64,000 nt of DNA, from NCBI GenBank assembly GCA_963815115.1, contig CAWFFN010000009.1, positions 1,824,001-1,888,000 on the forward strand, given 5' to 3'. Position 1 is the stretch's first letter. Every line of letters starts with the position of its first letter. Position numbers and translations under genes: made by a program. This DNA is from an uncultured delta proteobacterium (lineage in GTDB: Bacteria; Desulfobacterota; Binatia; DP-6). Of this stretch, positions 61,364 through 64,000 are shown in pieces. The notes under the pieces were generated by a model. That model was not told the DNA's origin, ran no database searches, and was given only the letters and a program-made list of their open reading frames with translations.

Positions 61364-64000
61364 CTACGAGGAGCCGCCCTGGGATCGCGCCCGGCCCAGC
61401 ACGCCCGAGAGGTCCGTGAGCTTCGAGCTGGCGCTCCCGATCGCCGACAACGCGCCAACGAGCCTTGCCCATCCCTCCGGCTGGGCGAAGTACAGTACCA
61501 GCCCGGCGGCGATCAGCACGTAGGTCAGCAGTCCGCGGGTTCGATCCCACAAGCTGTCACCTTCGGCTCGCTCCCACGCGACGACCCGCGCCGGCGGCTC
61601 CTCGTGCGCGACGAAGTTCTGGAAGCTCTCGTTCATCGGCCGGGGCGCCGGGGTGAACCGTACGAGTCCCGCTCGTGCCAGCCCCTGCGCCAGACGCCAG
61701 TTCCTCGGATTGACGAGGCCTTCACTCACCAGCTGCGCCAGCAGCAGCTGCTCCTCCTCGGAACACTGCAACCAGAGGCGGCGGTAGTGTGCACCAGCGA
61801 CCTGCTCGAGCCGCCGGACGACGCCCTCGGCAGGCGGAGGGAGCGACCACACTTCCCAGGCGATACCCCGGAGCCGGGGTGTCCAGCGCGTCTCCTCGAC
61901 GAGCTGCTGCACCTCTTCCGTGCGCCACGGCACGGTCACCCGCGTCGGGAGCCACAGCCAGCCGGTGCGATCGGCCTCGTCAACCGCGACCGCCAGAGAG
62001 ACGAGTGACTCGGCGTCGGAGGGTGCCGCACCCGCGGGCACGCGCGCCAGGCGCTCGAGCACCCTCGCCCAGCGCACGGCGTCGTTCGGAACCGGCGTGC
62101 CGGCCGGCAGCGTGCGCTTGCGGAAGTGAGCCAGGGGATCCGTCTCGGAGCAGACCACCAGCGGCTTCGGTTGACGGGACACCAGCGTCTCCAGCAGCTG
62201 CAGCGCCTGCTCACCGCGCGCGGGATCGTCGAGCGCCGCCTCCAGGTGGTGCACGATCACCACCGGGGCGGGCGACCAGACGCGGCCGAGCGCTTCCTCT
62301 CGCCCCGGAGCCGACTGGTCGTCACTCAGATCGAAGACGTCGGCATGCACGGCCTCGCCGGCGAGGAGCGCGCCGCTGCCGATGACCAGCAGCCCGCGGG
62401 CGTGCTGAGCTTCGGTCGGAAGCGTGCGCCTGCCGCCGTGTTCCTCGTCGAGTCCGACGATGCAGGCAGCCAGCCAGCGCAGGACCAGCCAGAGGAGGCT
62501 CGCAAAGACGAGGAAGCCGCCGATCACGCCCACGCGCTGCCACGTGCCCGACGGGGTCAGTCCGGGGACCGGGACCGTGCTCGCGATGCGACTCACCTGG
62601 TGCGGCCCGCGGCCCTCTTCCGTCGAGCCGCCCGCCCGGTCGCGGCGCAGGCGATACCAGCACAGTTCCCCGGTGCCGTCGGCGTGCCGCGTCCATCCCC
62701 AGCGCTCGTCGACCGCCTGGCGTGTCAGCAGCTCGCGCGTCTGGATCAAATCCTCGCTGTGGATCGGCAACAGCTCCAGGATGGGTGCGGAGACGTGTCC
62801 CGACGCCACCGCGAGGCGCCACAGCCGCTCGACGGGTCCAGCGAACGGCTCGGCCGGGCCGGACTCGACGCATCGTTCGTCTGCCTTCCGGACGCCCCCC
62901 TGGAGCGCCACGCCGAAGAGACGACCCGGGACCACTTCGGCGCTCTGCGATCCACTTCCGCCACTCGCTGGCGACCCGATCCATCCGCGCTGTCTCAGCT
63001 CGAGCAGCTCGGGGCAGATTCCGGCCGCCTCGTACTCCGCCTTGTTGGTCTCCTGCAGTCGTTCCACGTCCTCGGCGAGCTTGAGCTGGCCGTTGCGGAC
63101 GAACGCCTCCATTCCGAGCTCCCACGAATCGCGCAGGAGTGCGGCAGAGGGAATCACCACGGCCAGCACCAGGATGAGGACGCCGACGGTGACGAAATCG
63201 TGCCGCCATCCCATCCAGGTGCCACCGGCGCCCCGCCACGCTTGCACGACGGCGACCACGAACAGAACCGCACCGAGGCCGGCCGCGAGAGCCGTCCCCT
63301 GGATCATTGCCGCCAGGCAGACGACTGCCAGGACGAGCCAGACGATCCGGGAGCGCGCCGCGACGACGAGCGCAGCCGGCGGCCGAGCCTGCGGGTTGAG
63401 CAGGAGCCTCACGCACGCGAGGCACATCCCGATGATGGTCACGAGCATGGCGAACAGACGTGGCGAGACGCTTGGTCTCGTCGCCAGAAGCCACGTCGCG
63501 GTCGCGCAGCTGCCGGCGAGGACGAGGATGCACTGGCGGTACTGGAGGGCGCTGGCTTCCGACGGCCACAGCCGGTTGTTCCGTGTTCGCGGCGTGAGCA
63601 GACACCACACACTCCAGACGATGCCGCCCAGCGCCAGGTAGACGAGAAAGCCGATGGACCAGCCAAGGAGCCCGTCGAGATCGTGCGAGAGCTGCTTCTC
63701 CCGATTGCGCATGACCACGAGCGTCCAGGGTGAAAAGTTGATCGGGGTGATCAGGAAGCGATACGGCGCCCCCCGGTATTCACCGCTCAGGAAGCGCTCC
63801 TGCCGCGCCTCGATCGCCGCCCGGGCGCCATACTCGACGGTGACGTCCTCGAAGAAGTCCTCGAACAGCCGATGCTCCTGGGATTCGGGGAACACGACTC
63901 GCCCGTCGTTCTCGATGATCGCGAACGCGAAGTCGGTGGGCAGTACCGGCCGCGACACCGACACGAAATGGGGCGTTGCGGAAACGATGCCCTCGAAGTT
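61364..64000 (-). CDS. Large multi-pass membrane protein (Cache-like region, degenerate ATPase/winged-helix-like C-terminus), 5' end outside the window
   Basis: Open frame to the window edge; FAFAIIENDGRVVF Cache-like segment, many TM segments, C-terminal LWLQCSEEEQLLL...GLARAGLV. Confidence 0.65.
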   Translation of the reverse strand, partial: NFEGIVSATPHFVSVSRPVLPTDFAFAIIENDGRVVFPESQEHRLFEDFFEDVTVEYGARAAIEARQERFLSGEYRGAPYRFLITPINFSPWTLVVMRNREKQLSHDLDGLLGWSIGFLVYLALGGIVWSVWCLLTPRTRNNRLWPSEASALQYRQCILVLAGSCATATWLLATRPSVSPRLFAMLVTIIGMCLACVRLLLNPQARPPAALVVAARSRIVWLVLAVVCLAAMIQGTALAAGLGAVLFVVAVVQAWRGAGGTWMGWRHDFVTVGVLILVLAVVIPSAALLRDSWELGMEAFVRNGQLKLAEDVERLQETNKAEYEAAGICPELLELRQRGWIGSPASGGSGSQSAEVVPGRLFGVALQGGVRKADERCVESGPAEPFAGPVERLWRLAVASGHVSAPILELLPIHSEDLIQTRELLTRQAVDERWGWTRHADGTGELCWYRLRRDRAGGSTEEGRGPHQVSRIASTVPVPGLTPSGTWQRVGVIGGFLVFASLLWLVLRWLAACIVGLDEEHGGRRTLPTEAQHARGLLVIGSGALLAGEAVHADVFDLSDDQSAPGREEALGRVWSPAPVVIVHHLEAALDDPARGEQALQLLETLVSRQPKPLVVCSETDPLAHFRKRTLPAGTPVPNDAVRWARVLERLARVPAGAAPSDAESLVSLAVAVDEADRTGWLWLPTRVTVPWRTEEVQQLVEETRWTPRLRGIAWEVWSLPPPAEGVVRRLEQVAGAHYRRLWLQCSEEEQLLLAQLVSEGLVNPRNWRLAQGLARAGLVRFTPAPRPMNESFQNFVAHEEPPARVVAWERAEGDSLWDRTRGLLTYVLIAAGLVLYFAQPEGWARLVGALSAIGSASSKLTDLSGVLGRARSQGGSS

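Overview
64-kb window from a very GC-rich (~70% by eye) bacterium. The gene content suggests a deltaproteobacterial lineage such as Ca. Binatia (inference). It is densely coding, and I found no rRNA, tRNA, CRISPR array or intact transposase/integrase. Recognisable genes include an amidase, ftsH, cysH, lon, queD, a B12-radical SAM enzyme, a YdbH/YnbE/YdbL-like envelope module, an RRM protein, an RND efflux pump, an iorAB-type molybdoenzyme operon with xdhC/mocA, cysK, a GAF-GAF sigma-54 activator, a WYL/DUF2130 accessory islet, an ECF sigma/cupin anti-sigma pair and a diheme cytochrome c + GMC oxidoreductase + catalase-fold operon. Main observations: (1) a local sigma-54 regulon readable directly from the DNA, in which three correctly spaced -24/-12 promoters each have an upstream tandem pair of the palindrome GCCGAnATnTCGGC, next to the cognate-looking enhancer-binding protein; (2) an uncharacterised diheme/GMC/catalase-like redox operon with altered catalytic motifs; (3) a WYL regulator with a palindromic operator in a PafBC-like promoter arrangement facing a small ORF and DUF2130, bounded by an amidase remnant; (4) a shared promoter/leader motif in front of an SH3-like gene and the RRM gene; (5) a GTAG-type REP doublet that extends the cysH C-terminus. 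Several genes carry 1-bp indels that may be long-read consensus errors. All product calls come from motif recognition by eye, with no database search.
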